Origin: Lama glama
Lineage: Eukaryota
Assembly (NCBI GenBank): GCA_028534125.1
Contig: CM052816.1
Location: 16,618,001-16,682,000, forward strand
DNA: 64,000 bases
Direction: 5' to 3'
Part shown: positions 1 through 14,797 of the stretch, one piece after another
How positions within the stretch are numbered: position 1 is the stretch's first letter
Layout of the letters: the number at the start of each line of letters is the position of its first letter
Made by a program: the position numbers and the translations under genes
The notes under the pieces: model-generated
Databases searched by the model: none
The model's input: the letters and a program-made list of their open reading frames with translations, nothing else
Told to the model about the DNA's origin: nothing

Positions 1-2006
1 TATTTGCCCACTTCTTCTAACTATTAATAAATAACTCCCTTCGGCTAGATACAGAAGAGTCAAATGAGGAATTCTGGATGAGGATGCCTGGTCTCAAGTG
101 CAAACTCTGCCTGTCTCCCCTTGCAGTGAATGAGTCTTCACAGAGAACTTACAAATTTCAGCATAGGGGCTGCTTTCCCAGGCTGTGTCCCTGAGTCAGC
201 CTTTCTCTCCATCCCCATCAGGTACTATTCACCAAACCGCCTCTCCCCCCTGCTCTCTGACCTGGCTTCTTGTAAGGGAAGGCCTGAAGGCAGGACTGCT
301 TCAAGTATTCTTTGCTCTGCTAGGTTTCTCAATGTTTTGGTAAAGGTGTTTCAAACTCTTTGCCTTCTAGATACCCCAACCAATCTACCCCTAAAGTCAT
401 CCTGGTGGAGACCCCAGCAGCTTATAACCTCCTCTCTTAGAAATTCTTACTTGATCTCCCTTCAGTTTTGTATTTAAATCCAATGGTAAGAGTGAAATGT
501 AAAAAACAAAAACAAAACAAAAAAAAAACTTCAGAGACTAGACAACTAGTCCCTAACTTCCAGCCCTCTTTCTTATAATGAAAATATTCTAGAGCCTTTG
601 AGTTTTCAGTACAGAGCCCGCTGGAACCTGTCTGAACACGATCATTTATCTCTAGAAAAGCACTGAATACAGCAAGAGGCTAAGGGCATGCTGACATCTG
701 CTCATCAGCAGGCCAGAAATGATGGCTTCAATTTCCTTTCTCGTTTCATTTATTCCCAGGCTGCTTCCTCCCCACCTTCATAAGCCAGTTCTTATTTCAA
801 AAAGTCAAAGTAATAAAGCTGTTCTCCATTATTCATTGGGTTGCATGCTTCCTCCCCATCACACTATCCCTCACACCTTCCCGTCTAATTCTTCCCATCA
901 CCTTCCTTTTCTGCCTCTGCCTCCTTTCCCTCACCCCTTCCAGAGAGAGTTCAGGGTCACTGCCTTTCTTCAAAGTCCTTAGGCTTTTTCTAGAATCTTC
1001 TGAGGTCATTCTTAGCTGGGTTGATGGTCACAGTGCTAAATACATACTTTATGAAAAGCTTTGCATTCACTGATTTCCTCATGCCAAAGTCCCATGCCAA
1101 AGATAACCCTCCAAAAATCTGTCGTCCTAATGAGAATTGAAAAATCCCAATGGGATTCATGCGCCATACCCCAGCTAGGTTATTCTCCCCCATCTCAACA
1201 ACAGGAATTATCATCTCTGGGCTGGGCTGATACCAAATACCAAGGCCCTGTCCTTGCAGACTGGGTCTGGACCAGGAGCCAAGAATTCTATGGGGACAGC
1301 CCTCTGTAGGCACCTGCATAGTCATTCCTCTTGCTGCCATGTTTTGACATCCTTGGACAGTAAAATATAAAGGGATGCGATAGAGCATGTGGGATAAGGA
1401 TGGGAGTTTGGAGTCAAAACCCAAATTTAAGTTCTGCCCTGATACTTACTACCTACATGACCTTAATTAAGCTATTTAACTTCTCTATGTCTTAGGTGTA
1501 AAGTAACAGTATCTCCCTGGTTGGAATGACCAAATGAGAACTGTATGTAAAGCATTTACTGCAGTGCTTGATGCATAAGGAGCACCCAATAAACATCAGA
1601 AGTTATTATGATCATATATGAGTAAACACCAATAAGTCAGAAAAACTTTTCAAACCCATTATAGGCTTTTAAATAAAGAAATACAGCCTTATTTTTTTTT
1701 TAAAGTTTTGCCTCTAGGAGTTGCTTTAATGAATTGCTAGAAAGGAGTGATTTATAAGTACCATATTGTTGGAATGCAAATAGATACTTCAAAGAGGTGA
1801 AAACTTGTTTTCTTGAGTGGGATAAACATTCCCCTTGGGATCTTGTTTACAAACTCAAATAATTTGTGAGCGAACAGTACTAAAATGTACTGCAGCCCTT
1901 ATTTAGGTGAAATGGTAACAGAACTGTATTCCTGAGCTTTTTGAGTAAATGAGGTTTTTACCCTTTCGAAAAGGAACCATTACTCAAATGAAATGCCCTA
2001 ATTTCA

Positions 2007-2134
2007 CTTATTATTTTTAACTGTCTTTTTTTTAAGCTTTTTTTTTTTTTTTAAATGGAGGTACTGGGGATTGAATCCAGGACCTTGTGCATGCGAAGTA
2101 TGAGCCCTACCACTGAACTAGACCCACCCACCCT
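2007..2134 (-). mobile_element. tRNA-Ala-derived SINE (vic-1-like)
   Basis: Reverse strand contains a B-box-like GGATTCAATCCCCAGTACCTCC; T-rich tail; TSD core cctaatttca at 1997-2006 and 2142-2151. Confidence 0.85.
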
Positions 2135-2354
2135 TGAAACACCTAATTTCAAAAGTACAAGGAAAAATGTCGATCTTGAGGTTTTTCCTTTTACATATCT
2201 TTATTATAATGTTGAAACATATCGGGTAATGGCCAACTTATTACACAAATACAGTCAATTTTCAATTATTTATATGAGTTATCCAAGGCAGATATCTAAC
2301 TAGCGCTGTTTGCCTCTTTCCATTTTATCTGCCCGTTATCTTTATTGTACCCCC

Positions 2355-2421
2355 CACACACACATACACACACAATTCACACATTCACATACATTCTCTT
2401 CACACACATACACACACACAC
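2355..2421. repeat. Imperfect (CA)n microsatellite
   Basis: Directly visible. Confidence 0.85.
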
Positions 2422-4514
2422 TCCACTTTGCCCAAAGCAAGCTGGACCCAGAATTGCTTGTTCTGGTAGTTATAAAAGATGTTGGTCCCTCAGACAAGCA
2501 TCTTTGTTCCTTTTCTCCCTTCAGTGCAGGTTTCCCTTTCCTGAATACCACAAGGGAAGGGAAGGGAAAGAAGGAAGAAGGAAGGAAAGGAAATCTGTAT
2601 GAGACCCCCAGCCCAGCAGTGCAGGCTGTGAGAAACAGAAGGCTCCTGCTCTCTGGGCGCTGGCATCTCTCTTGCCATTTTACTGAAACTTTGGGGTGTT
2701 TTTCTCTCTGCAGCACCCACGCTCCCTCCCTTTCTGCCAAAGCTCCTTGTTGTGACAGAATGAGAGAGGCTGGTGGGCTGTGGGAAAGGGGAATGCAGCT
2801 AGGTAGCCTGAGGGCAGAGTTACAGCTCCCCCTCCAGGAGCAGGGAGGGTGGGAGATTAAGCCACAGACAAATCCTAGAGGCCCCCCCAGTGCTGAACCA
2901 CACACACACCCAGAACATCCGTATACACACAGAGCTGTGCACCACCTCTCAAATCCACCAATACACACGTACACACACAAACACACACAAGCAGGAATGG
3001 AACTTAGTGGACACTACCATGTATTCAGTAACACTCAGGCAGGAAATCCCATGTTATACTGGCACAGATCTACCCAAAGCAACCCATGCCTCAGGTCCCC
3101 CTCTGTTGATGCCTCTCCCTTCTGATGGGCTAGACAATGCTGCTGGATCCCAGGCATACTTGTGGTATAAGAGAACAGCAAGTCTTGAGTGCATAGGCTC
3201 TGATACCACTCAGCACTCCAAGTAGAGGGGACCAACAGTAGCAGGGCCAGCATACTGCTCAACCCTCTCCTTAGAAGTCTCCACTCAGAGTACATATGGG
3301 CTCCCTCCCAGAACTCCAGCAGCACACCATGGAAAACACAGGCTCAAGTCCTGTTTAGGGGGCAAAGGAAGTATAGGCTATAGCCCACAGGCTGTGGCTT
3401 CCTCACTCCCCTCAACCTCAGCTCATGTCCCAGTCTTGTCTGAGGGAGAGACCCACCTACATGAAGGGAAGAGAAAGAATTCAATGACCTCTCAAACCTC
3501 CTTCAAAGCTGGAGAAACAGCCAATGAAAGACAGTTGACACATTTGAGCACCAGGCTGAAATACAGAGGACCCAACACTGCCAGGCTAGACCCTGATCAG
3601 GAAACTCAAAAGGGACATTGTCCACTGTGCGACAGGAGGCTTTAGGAGCTCAGCTACAAGTAGCCAGTCTCAGATGGACTCAATCCCTCTCCTTCCTAGC
3701 CACTGCTGGGCAAGTACACTGCCTTTTCACCTTCCTAAATCTTTCTCTTTATCAGACATCTACGTTATTCTTTATACTTTATGTACACTATTTTAATTTA
3801 AATAAATCCACAAGGTGTCATTGTAGAGAAAATTAAGAAGGCTTGACCAAGGTTACATGGCTAGCAAGAGGAGCCAGTCTTCACCCCATGCCTGGATAAC
3901 TCCAAAGCATCTGCCCTTTCCACTGCTTCTCAATGTCACTCCACTGGGAACCCACCCCCTCATCTGCCTCTGAGTGAGTGTGACACCCTGTCTGGTGGTA
4001 AAGATAGTGTTGGGGAAGCAAAAGAGGAAGAACGTACATGGTGACCTTTTCCCAAGGGAGAAAAAAAGTAGTGCAACCCGGGCCTCCTGACCTCAGCTTG
4101 ACCTCCAGGGTTGTGAGAAAAGCCTAGCTCCCCAGAGCAGGGCCCTGCCCCGTGTCAGCCATGCCCGGTAGCATGAGTGATTCATTTAGAGCAGTTTCTC
4201 CCTCATGACCCCACACTTTCTTGGCCAGTTTGCTGCATGGCTGCAAAAAGCCCAGCTCCGGACATGCAGAGAATGTGTTGATTCAGAAACATTTAAAAAT
4301 GAATCAGCACATGGTGATGCAGGCTGTTTGTTCAGGGCAATGTGCCACCTATGTTGTAATGTGCCAAATTCCCTCCTTCCCCTCCCTCCAGCTCCTCCCC
4401 TTCCCCAAGTCCTGGCTGTTACCTTTGTCATTCTGGCAGTGAGATTCTGTTCCCCTACTCCCTCAGGGGCAACTGTTTGCAAAGCTCAGGCTGCCAACAG
4501 AGCAGCTTTCCCAG

Positions 4515-4553
4515 GTGTGTGTGTGTGGTGTGTGTGTGTGGTGTGTGTGTGTG
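4515..4553. repeat. Interrupted (TG)n microsatellite
   Basis: Directly visible. Confidence 0.85.
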
Positions 4554-4804
4554 TTCTTCCTCCTTCCTAAACTGAAAAGAGGTGAAGCCACTGGTATCTC
4601 TACCTTCTGGAACATGTCCTAGCAGGAGAGGTACCAGTTTCGCATCTGCTTTCAGGAAGCAGGCATGAACAAGAACTATGAAGTGGGCTTTCTTGAGGAT
4701 GACCCAAGTAGAGATTATTCCTCCTGGAGGGGCTGCCACCAAAAGTTCATCTCATTTTATTTTCTTCCAAATAGGGCTGTACTTCCCTTCAGCCCAGACA
4801 AGCA

Positions 4805-5020
4805 TAATTCATTCAAATACTCAGTCATTCAACATGTGTTTATTGAGTACCTACAATGAGCCAGAAACTGTTTCAGTTGCAGCAATATGGTGATAATAAG
4901 ACAGAAAAGCACCCTGCTTTCATGGAGCTTGCATTCTAGTGGGAGAAGGCAGATAAGAAACAGGTGAACCAATAATCAATGCTGGGACGAATATCAAATA
5001 AAATGATATGACAGCACAGG
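4805..5020 (-). mobile_element. L2 3' end
   Basis: cattcaacatgtgtttattgagtacctac...catggagcttgcattctagtgggag. Confidence 0.7.
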
Positions 5021-6479
5021 GACTAGATCAGCAAACTATGGCCCACTCACAGTTTGGTAAATAAAATGTATAAAGTAAATAAAGAACACTCGACAGGAAT
5101 CTACTTTTTTTTCATATTTTAAAATTATTTTTGAATAGATATATATTCCCTGACTCTAAATTTAAAAGAAAAAAAAATAGAAAAGGACACACAGAGAAGT
5201 GTCTCTAGCAGCCCTGTTTCCCAGCTATCCAGTTTCCTTCCATATAAGCAACAAATGTTAACTTCTTATGCATCCTTCCTGAGAAATTCATTCATATAAA
5301 AAGCAAATACATGTGTGTAGTCTATATTTTCCCCCCAAGGAAGTTATTTTAAATTGGGAGATCAGGAAAGACTTGTAATTTAGGCTAAGAGCCAAATGAT
5401 ATGAGGGTACCAGCCAGGCAAAGGTCTCTGAGCAGCAGCCTCCAGGCTGTGGGAACAGCTAGTACAAAGGCCCTAAAGCTAGACCGGACATGGCAGGTCC
5501 TAAGATGAGAAAGGAGGCTCATGCGTTTGGGGAACACTGGGCCAGAGGGCAGGGATTTGAGGTAAATTAGAGAGAAATTAAGAAGCAGGAAGATTCTCCT
5601 CTTAATGGCCCTACAGCGTCCATATAGTCCTTACTCCTGAGTCTTCCATGCTGGGGTGAGGGAAGTCATTCCTGATTTCTAACCCTAGTCTTCTTTGCTA
5701 CCCTCTTGAGTTTTAAAGAAGGACCACTTTATCTTTTAATAATAGAATCTATCTGTATGTGTATGCTGTACATATTTCTATGAGCATGGAGGAAGGTATG
5801 GAGCAGGGCAAGGGTAGGAAAGGGGAGTGAGTAATGTGATTAGCGTTTCTAGACACAGGTCCTACAATCAGATCTCTCAGTCTAGGAATTTGTTGGGGGT
5901 TTTTGTTTGTTTTTATTGGGAGCTTGTTAAAGGCATTGTAAAGATGATAATTATCAACCTGAATTGAGTACAAGGGTCTTTTCCAGGTGGCAAGACAGTA
6001 ATAAACAACTCTCCACCCAGGGCTTTGCAAAATGTACAGAATTCTCAACTTACACAATAGCAAGTGGCCTGAAATCTCAAGTTTTTCAATCTCAAGTTTT
6101 TTAGGGCCCCTGCTATGTGTTCTGTATCCTGGGGAAGGCGAGTGAACTAGAGCACCTAGTCTGTACCCTGAAAGAGTTTATAATCCAGCTAGGGAAAGAG
6201 AAGTTGAGAAATAAAGGTGAGTTAACCTCAATGGTGCAAACTAATTCAGAGGAGATAGGCACCAATGTGAGCAAGAGCTGCCAAAGAAGCTCTCTCAGGG
6301 GAAGGTGAATTATAAGCTGAGTCTTGAAGGACAGAGAGGAACTGAATAAAAATCATGTATACTGCTTAAAAGGAGATAATGTGAATGAAGAGGACAGCAA
6401 CTGGCACAGTAACCACTCAATAACTGGCAGTAGCTGCTACTTCTTATTACTCTTATTGCTAATTAGTTAACAAAACACT

Positions 6480-6700
6480 TTCTCATAAACTATTTCATTT
6501 AATATTTACATTAACCCTGTGACTGGGTAGGGCCAATGTTACTGTTTCCATTTTACAGGGTAAAGAAACTGAGGCCCAAGATGATTGATGTAGGGTGTGA
6601 GGCGGGAGCAGGGAAGGTAGGCCAGGGCCATCCAGGACAGTCTTAAAAGCTGAATTGCCCAAGTCACAGAGCAGAAACTGAAACCCAGGTGCTTTGAATC
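6480..6700 (-). mobile_element. MIR interrupted by a 69-bp insertion
   Basis: ccattttacagggtaaagaaactgaggc[...]ttgcccaagtcacaga MIR core. Confidence 0.7.
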
Positions 6701-8949
6701 AACAGAGCATATGCTTACCTCATTGTGGGGTGATCAGCAGGCAACTCAAGCAGGCAGAACAGCAGGAACCAGAGAAAGAAGCAGGGAGCCTTAATAAACC
6801 AAATTACGTGTCAGTTGTACCAGGAGCTCGCTCTTTCTCGCGCTCTCTCTCTTCTCTCTCTTTTCAAAAGAGCCTATAGGCTCTGCCTTCTCCCCTAGAT
6901 AGGTCCCATATTCCCAGATCCAAGTTCTGGCTCAGGAAAGGAGAAACTTACTGGGGAACAATCTCAACTGAGCAGGAAAACTGCGAGGAAGAGAAAATCA
7001 CCACTTCTACAATCTCATTAGTGCTGCAGACCTACACACACACACGCATCAGACCTGCAGGTTGTCAGTGCTAAATTACTAAGCCTGAGGCCTGAAGTAA
7101 ATTAGGCTACATCTCGGAAAAACAGGTTATGTTACTCATATTAAGCATTCAATTCATGCGGATTAAAGTGCAATCTACTGTTTTGTAAGTCCTTTCTTTT
7201 CTCAGGATTCTGCTGAGTGGCTGGAAGGGCTATTTTCCACACTCTTCACTCAGACCCACCTAAGCATACTGGCCCTGTCCTGTAACTTCACAAAAGGCAC
7301 TGGCTGAGATGAGCCACCTACACACTGCCTATCAGAGCCAGGCTGATGAGGCCCTGGGGCAAGGGGCTTCAGTGACTGCCTTTGGAAAGAGGCTGCCTTC
7401 CAGGGTTGCCCCTGGCAACCAAGCTGCTCTGGTGGAGTGCATCTCTTAGAGGAGCTGGGGGAGGTCACTGAACTAAGATTCAGGCAGCATGTAAGTCATC
7501 CTCTGCCTTTCCTCCTCCCAGCTTCAGACCCACTCCTGTGATAAGTACAAATGCTTTCACCTCACCTGTCTTCCCTAGGTTAACAGGATCAGCCTAGATT
7601 CTTCCTGAGGGCAAGGAGGTTAGGGAGAATGTCTGGTTTGCCCTGCAACATACATTCAGGTACCCAACACATCCTTGGCCAGTTCCCTACATACCACATG
7701 CCCTCAAATGACTAACTTTTAAACCCTTTAAGCTCTAACATTGCTTTCTCCAGGAAGCCCTGACTTGAGCCCTGTGCCCCAGGCAGGGATAGGTGCCCTT
7801 GACCATTAAACCCTGAGCATCACTCTTTCATAGTACACATTACCCTACATGTTTTTATCTGTTTTATTATCTTCTTGAGGTTAAGGACTATGTCTTTTCT
7901 AGCACAGGACCTGGCATACAGGAAGCACAAAATAAATTCTTGTTGAATGGATAAAGGAATGAATAAGAACGTAAGATTCTGACAGGAGGAAACAGGGTCA
8001 GTGGGAGGGAGCTGTTCAAGCACTGGCTGGAGGAAGCAGTATGCACAGAGCACAAAGGGTCACGGAATGATCCACTTTCATCTAGAATGCAGGGTGTGAG
8101 GTGCAAGCAGGGAAGGTAGACCAGGACCATCCAGGACAGTCTTAAAAGCTGAATTAATACATCTGGGACAGGAGAGTGGCAAGCTTAAAACAGTATTTTA
8201 GGAAGACAGATCCAGCCAGGTGTGTAGGATGGACTGCAGGGGAGAGCCAGCTGGCAGTGAGACTAGTCAGAAGGCTGTTTTGACAGTCCAGACTTGACAA
8301 GTAAAGGGTCTAGACAAGAGCAGTGACAAGGGGAAATGAAAGTAAGAAATAAACCACCCAACTCTGTTGGCTGGCACCCTCATGCAGCCGGGGAAACATC
8401 AGTCTCTGCCGGACCCTGGTTAATCAGCATCCTGTGGTTGCCATTGGAGCTGACCAACTGCCGATCACTCTGCTCTCTGCAGAAATCTTAACTGCCATCC
8501 TCAGCACAGTTTAGTTCAAGGGCTGAGTGGTGCTGGAGTGGAAGGTAAGTCTAGGGACAGTATTTCCCAAACAAGTAGTCCTGGAACAATGGTGCACTAT
8601 ATTAGGAGGCATCTTGCAAAGAAAAAAAAAAAAGAGTTCTCTGCTCAGATAATTTTGGGAAACTCCAGATTCAAGAAAGGGCAAAGCCATTTTCTTTAAC
8701 GTAATATCCCACGTCTCTCTGTTTATCATCAACCTTAAGTGACACTGAAGCCTTTTTCACACCACACCCATTCACAGCTTCTAAAAGAGCACTCAAAAAA
8801 CAGCTGGAAGACTCTGGAATCAAATTTGTTTGCCTTGCCTCCCATGGGATGCGTCTAGGCTACATACATAGAGCACACTGCCTGCACACGCACTGCCCAA
8901 GCTTGCTTGGAGGAGCAACTTTACCCACAGCCTTAGCTCAGAAGCAGCA

Positions 8950-9185
8950 CAGAGCTGCTTAAAATCTCTGGCCCTGAAGCTAGTCTGCCTGGATTCAAAT
9001 CCTAGATCTACAACTTAATAGTTATCTAGCCTCTCTGTACTTCAGTTTCCTTATCTACACAATGAGGAAAATATTAAAACTAACTTCAGTGAAGTTGTTT
9101 GGGGGATTATATTAGTGAAATAAGCCCTAAAGAGCACTTAACACTATGCCCAGAACATAGTAATCCCTCAATAAATGTGAGCTAC
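8950..9185 (+). mobile_element. MIR
   Basis: ctgcctggattcaaatcc...cctctctgtacttcagtttccttatct. Confidence 0.7.
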
Positions 9186-9514
9186 TTTTTTTAATCTTAT
9201 GCAGCCAAGAATTCCATGATATCCTTCAACCATAGCTCCGAAATGAGGCAACCTGGTTAGGCCTGGTATGAAGGCAACGGCCAGATTCTCTCTTTGGGGA
9301 ATTAAGAATGGAACACAGGGCCAAATGATTAATGCTGGGACTGAAAGCTGAAAAGATCTTAGATGAGTCAGGATATACAGTTGAGGCAAGAAACTTTGTC
9401 CCGAGTCTGCCCCTCACTCTCCATCCCATTTTCTGGTGTCCCTGTTTGCCTTTCCTTTATCAGAGAGGCATCAGGCTCTCAGGTATTTCAGGCCAACAGC
9501 CTCCTGGCTGGAGT

Positions 9515-10388
9515 ATTACTACTACTACCTACAGAACATTTCCGACGAGTTGTAGGGGTTTTTCCTTACATCAACAACCAATTCTCCAATTCTCTGGACA
9601 CTGGCTAGGTGTCCTACAATTTAATTCAATGCTAACACTAACTACCTGAAATTAGCATCAGGTCTCACAGGTTAACAGCCCAGTCCCACAAGACTACCAT
9701 CCATTTCAGATGCCAATCACAAGCCCTTGGCCTCCTCTACTTTCAATCAACCAGTATAAATGGGGGTTCCCATTACTACCCTCAGGTGCAATGATTTGCT
9801 AGAAGAGTTCACAGAATTAAGGAAAGCACTTTACTTGCAGTTATTAGCTTATTAAAAAGGATTAAAGGACATTATAAAGGATACAAATAAGCAGCCAGAT
9901 AAAGAGGTACATAGGGTAAGGTCTGGAAGGGTCTCAAGTGCAGGACCGTCTGTCCCCATGGATTTGGGGTGTACCACATTCCTGGCATATGAATGCATTC
10001 ACAAAACTTAAAGCTCTCACAATGTTGTCATTGAGGGGCTTTTATGGAGGTTTCATCACATACACATGATAGATCACTTACTGAATCTCCAGCCCCTCTC
10101 CCCTTCTCAGACTCTGAGGCGAATGGATGAAAGTTTTAGGTTTCTAAGCAAAGCTTAGTCTTTCTGGTGACCAGTCCCTATCCTGAAACTATTTAGGGTC
10201 CCACCAAGAGTCACCTCATTAGAACAAAAAAGGCTCCTATCATCCTGGAAATTCCAAGGGATTTAGGATTTCTGTGTCAGAAACAAAGGATGCTAGCACC
10301 CCCATCACACAGGAAATTACAACAGTTTTAGGAGTCCTTTGTCAGAAACTGGGAACAATGGTCAAATACGTATTTCTTATTATGCCTT
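9515..10388 (-). mobile_element. MER21-like ERVL LTR
   Basis: Recognised motifs (ctggacactggctaggtgtcctacaatttaattcaat; cagtcccacaagact); similar to the copy at 60765-61520. Confidence 0.8.
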
Positions 10389-11791
10389 AGGTATCAATTC
10401 AATAGTGTTTACAGACTCTTACTAGATGAGTAAGAAACTCATGTCACATCCTCTATGACTACAGGGGATACTACTTCACTGCATCTTTTACTCTCCCTTG
10501 GTATCTCCTTGCCCTTACCACACACACAGTTTTCCAGATGCTTCCCTTGTACCCAACAGCTTTCACACATTCCAAGGAGAAGCCTTTGGATTTGGTAGAC
10601 AGAATGACGAAATGGGAAAATAATTTCTTCCCACCAATACAGCATTTTACGAAGTGTTTTTGTACATTACCTGATTGTGATAATAGCCCTCTGAGGAAGG
10701 CATTATTATCCCCATTTTACAGGTATAAAATTAAACTTTAAAGAACTCAAGTAATAGCTAAAGGTCACACAGCCACATAGGGTAGAATCAGGATGAGATC
10801 TCAGCACTTTTGACCTCTAAGCCAGGCGACTGTTCACTATACCCTCCAATCTGGCCTTCACCTCAAGCGAGGACTCAGAGCCAGGCCCATACACTTGAGA
10901 ATCAGAGTCTTGATTTGACCTAGAACTTGTCTCTGAGTAGGTCATTCTCAGTTCTGTGGATGTGTAGGTAGGCAGCACGCCAGATACTTAGCTTTGCCTC
11001 TGGAAGCACCATTTGAGAGGTGAGCAGGTAAGGGATGCCAGGAGCAAACTCTTGGATCAGAGCTGCTCTTCCCACTCTTGTCACACACTCTCCTCTGGGG
11101 AGATCCCCAGCAGCTGTGATATGGCTGGGTTCAATATTCTGCCCTGATGTGATCTGACAGCAGCTAAAAGGCTAGAGTAAGAAGATACTAAGACTGAAAA
11201 TCCCTCCTTGGAAACATGGTTTCATGTTACTCTCCTTCATGGTCTCTGTGTGCCAAACACTCAGAAAGTCTCAGGCACCATGATGATCTGATAGGTTTTG
11301 AGTCTCATTCACTAGTCTCCAGAGACAGCCTGAACTTAAGCACACTCAGGCAAATGATAGGTGTCTGCTTCCTTGATTTTCCTCTTTAGACCTGTCCCTC
11401 CTCTCCTTCTGCAGTGGGAACCAATTTTTTTCTTACTCATGAACCAGCTTCCAAATCCTGGGACTCACTTCACCTCTCCTCATCCACCGGCATTATCACA
11501 GAATCCTTCTGAGGGCACCCCAAAATCTCCCATGTTTTTATCTTCTGAATTCCAGGACCTATAATATCTTCCTTACAAGGGGAAAAGGATATATTCCTCC
11601 TCATTCTCCTTATCCAAAGGAGATGAAAAGACAGATGGTCTTGAGCCCTCATTCTACCCTACTCAAATCTCTACCCATCCCATCTCTACCTTAGTTGTCA
11701 AAGCCTGAGATAGCACATAGACTAAGGGAACCACACACAAAGTTCCCCCAGGGGACATGGAGGAAAGCTCCAAGCTTTTTTAGTTTCTCCG

Positions 11792-11792
<1 letters not shown>

Positions 11793-11822
<30 letters not shown>
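11793..11822. repeat. (AC)n microsatellite followed by a CT-rich tract
   Basis: Directly visible. Confidence 0.9.
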
Positions 11823-11826
<4 letters not shown>

Positions 11827-14797
11827 GCTCACTTCTCTCTCTCACCTCCCCTCACCTTGCCTGCCCTCCCTGTCTCTCCCTCCTCCTCCTCTTCCCTCTC
11901 CCTTTTTCTCCCTCACTCTCTTTCCCTCTATCCAAGATGTTAATGGAGTTGTCCATTAACTGCAGTAGCTGCCAGAGTGTTAGCCTGACTGGGCAGAGGG
12001 CATGAACCCATTTTTTCCAAATTTCAGCCCCCATCACGTATCTTAGGTTTTTAACTTTTCATTTCCACACTGTGCCTCAGCCAGGTTGCTGAAAGCACAC
12101 TCAGTCTGAGTCCACATGCTTCCCTAGAGCATACACTGATGCCTGCCTGTCTACCAGCCACAGAAGTCATGCATGGCGACATGGGAAAGAAGACAGTAGA
12201 ATGGGTAAGTCAGCATACATCTCCCAAAGCCCAACTGTATTCAAGAAAATGTTGCTTAAAAAGCCTCGCTCCTGGGATCTTTTTCTGACATTTATCTGCT
12301 ATTGTGACAATGTATTACAATGTCACAGAGTCTATAAGCCACAGTCAAGAGGAACATAGACTGTTTCTGAAGACTCTGAACCCCAGACCAGTACCCGCCT
12401 GTCATTGCTACCTGGTACCGGCCCTATCCTCCACCATGAATTATTAGAAAGTCATATACTTTACCAGCTGTTTAAAATTAAGACAAGAAAACAATAACTT
12501 TAGTTATATATGGGAAAATCCTACAGTATTAGCTGTGTACAACCTGGCAAATTGTGGGAACACGGCCTGGTCAAAGAATGAAACTGGCTCAGTGCGAGAA
12601 TCTGCCTGTTCGTGGTTCTTCTTGCTTCTCCCAGCTTTCTCTCTAACCTGTGATTCTCAGAGAAGCCATCCCACAAGTATTAACTGAGTGCTATTATGTG
12701 CGAGGCTGCTTCTTCTGGCATAGCCCTTGTGTTCATGGCCAAGACTGTTCCCTCTTTGTGGTTCTCCAACATCCCTACCCAGCTGGGTCCCTGGACACTA
12801 CAACTTGAAGCTCCTCAAGTCAGCAGGACTTATTTGATACTTTCTTGAGCTGAGCTTGCCTTTCTTCACACCTGAGTCTAGAAAACACCATTTACAATTG
12901 ACTACTTTACCCATAATTTGTGTTTCCTAAGCAATTTCATTTGAATGAGCTAGATGTACTCCATAGTCAAAGAGGAGAATAGACAATGCATGCCAGAATG
13001 GACACATGTTCCTCCTCAAACATCATTTTCTTCAACAAATCTCTCCCATTTCCTAGCTTTTCTAAGACCAATTGGTTCTGGAGGGGCAAGATCCTCCCCC
13101 AACCTCAGGGGTAAGAACATGACACGGGCCCAGTCTATCAGATTACTCCTCACCTCTAGGCATAGTAAATGGTTCAGAAAAGGACAGATGACTCAAACCA
13201 CACTCATCACAGTCTTCTCTGAGTTTCTGTAGGAGTTATGAGAAAGATACATACTCTTTCCCCCTGGAATGGTAAGTTCTAAAAATAAATAAATAAATAG
13301 AACTAATTAGCCTCTCCTCCAAAAAAATAAACACAAGATCTCTCAAGAAGAATTAGGAGCCACTCTTATTCTCCTGTGAAGCAACTAAGTACTTGTTAAA
13401 GAGGTTACGGATATTTGAGGCATGTACCTAAGTCTTTGAGGGCATCTGGATAAGCATTTACTGTGCTCTCTCACACCTTTTTCCTGGGGCCACTATCAAA
13501 ATAGATGGGTCAATGTATGTCAGTGGGATGCTATGACCCAGTGGCATGTCAAGAGAGACTGAGTTCTCTGCTCCTTTGCTTACTCCCTCCCTTCCTATCC
13601 TCACAGTGATAAGGAAGTTGAGCTCTAGGAGGTAACCAGAAGCAGTAAGGAACTGTCTTGTGGAGACTTTCTTGGAAGAATGTAAGAAAACCTCATTCTC
13701 CCAAGATGAAGCCAGTCCCAAATCTCACAGGTTTTGATGACGAAGCCTGGACTCAGAGAGGAACACAGCGGGTAGAAAAGGAAGATGGAGGAAAACCAAA
13801 GGGAACTACTACAAATAGAGTGAAAAAGAATCTACCAAGAAAAAAGCAGCATCATGAGAAAACCTACAGGCCAAGAAAACACAGCAGAGAGGTGACAGAC
13901 AGTTCCTGAATATCTGAATCATCCCATTAAAGCAGATCCCATTAAATCCCTGGGCAGATGCTAGGCTACTTTCAGAGAACTCTGGATCCTGCCCAGGGGA
14001 GTGTAGAGCCTGGCTGGCTCTCAGTCAGTGCACAGACCTGCCCAATTGATTCTGTTAGTCATGGCTCAAGCGTTCTTGAAGTCAAGATGCTTCCATAATT
14101 GGTAAAACCCATGTGGAACCTCAGCCTGTGACTCTATGCTAATAAGGCTATTTAAACCTTTGCTGTCAAGGAAAGCACAGCTGTCCACCAGATGCCTGTT
14201 GAAGAAGCCATCTATTGCTAGAAGAACACACCCTTATCTTCTTTCTCAGTAGACCTTTAGTCCTCTACACTTTTTGTACTAAGAAATAGGGGTTGCTGTT
14301 CCCAATGTTCATTATCATTGGGCATAAATCTTCACCATTATACTCACAAAGCACTATAGAGTCATTTGGGTTGTTCAGTACTCTATCACTTGGGAGAAGT
14401 GCTGCCTTAAGTTGGGTTCCCCAGGAGCAGAGCCTAAGACAGGATTCAGGTCATGTGATTTACTGAGGTGTGTCCTCAGGAGAAAGAAAATGAAGGAAGC
14501 AGGAAATGGTAATAAAGATGTGTGTCTGGCCTCAGGCTGATCCCACGGGACAATTCAAGAGCATGAATGGCACCAAAGAATTGATCCTTCCTTGAGGCCT
14601 TTGTACGCCCTTTGCTAAAAGCTGTAAGGGGTACAGAAGGGGGTCTCCCATCTCACTATCCACCAGAAAGGAGCAATTTTCTGGAGAAAGAGGCATCTGT
14701 GAGCCACTGGAACTGAATACAGCAGCTAGGGAAATAAGACATCGATGTGGTAAAGTGAATTTGGGCAGGGTACCAACAACATCCATTAGAGCCACCA

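Noticed and set aside
2310..3125. 271-aa ORF and the overlapping 214-aa antisense ORF
   Set aside because: Composition comes from CA/TG microsatellites (HT/CV runs); no recognisable domain or exon structure.
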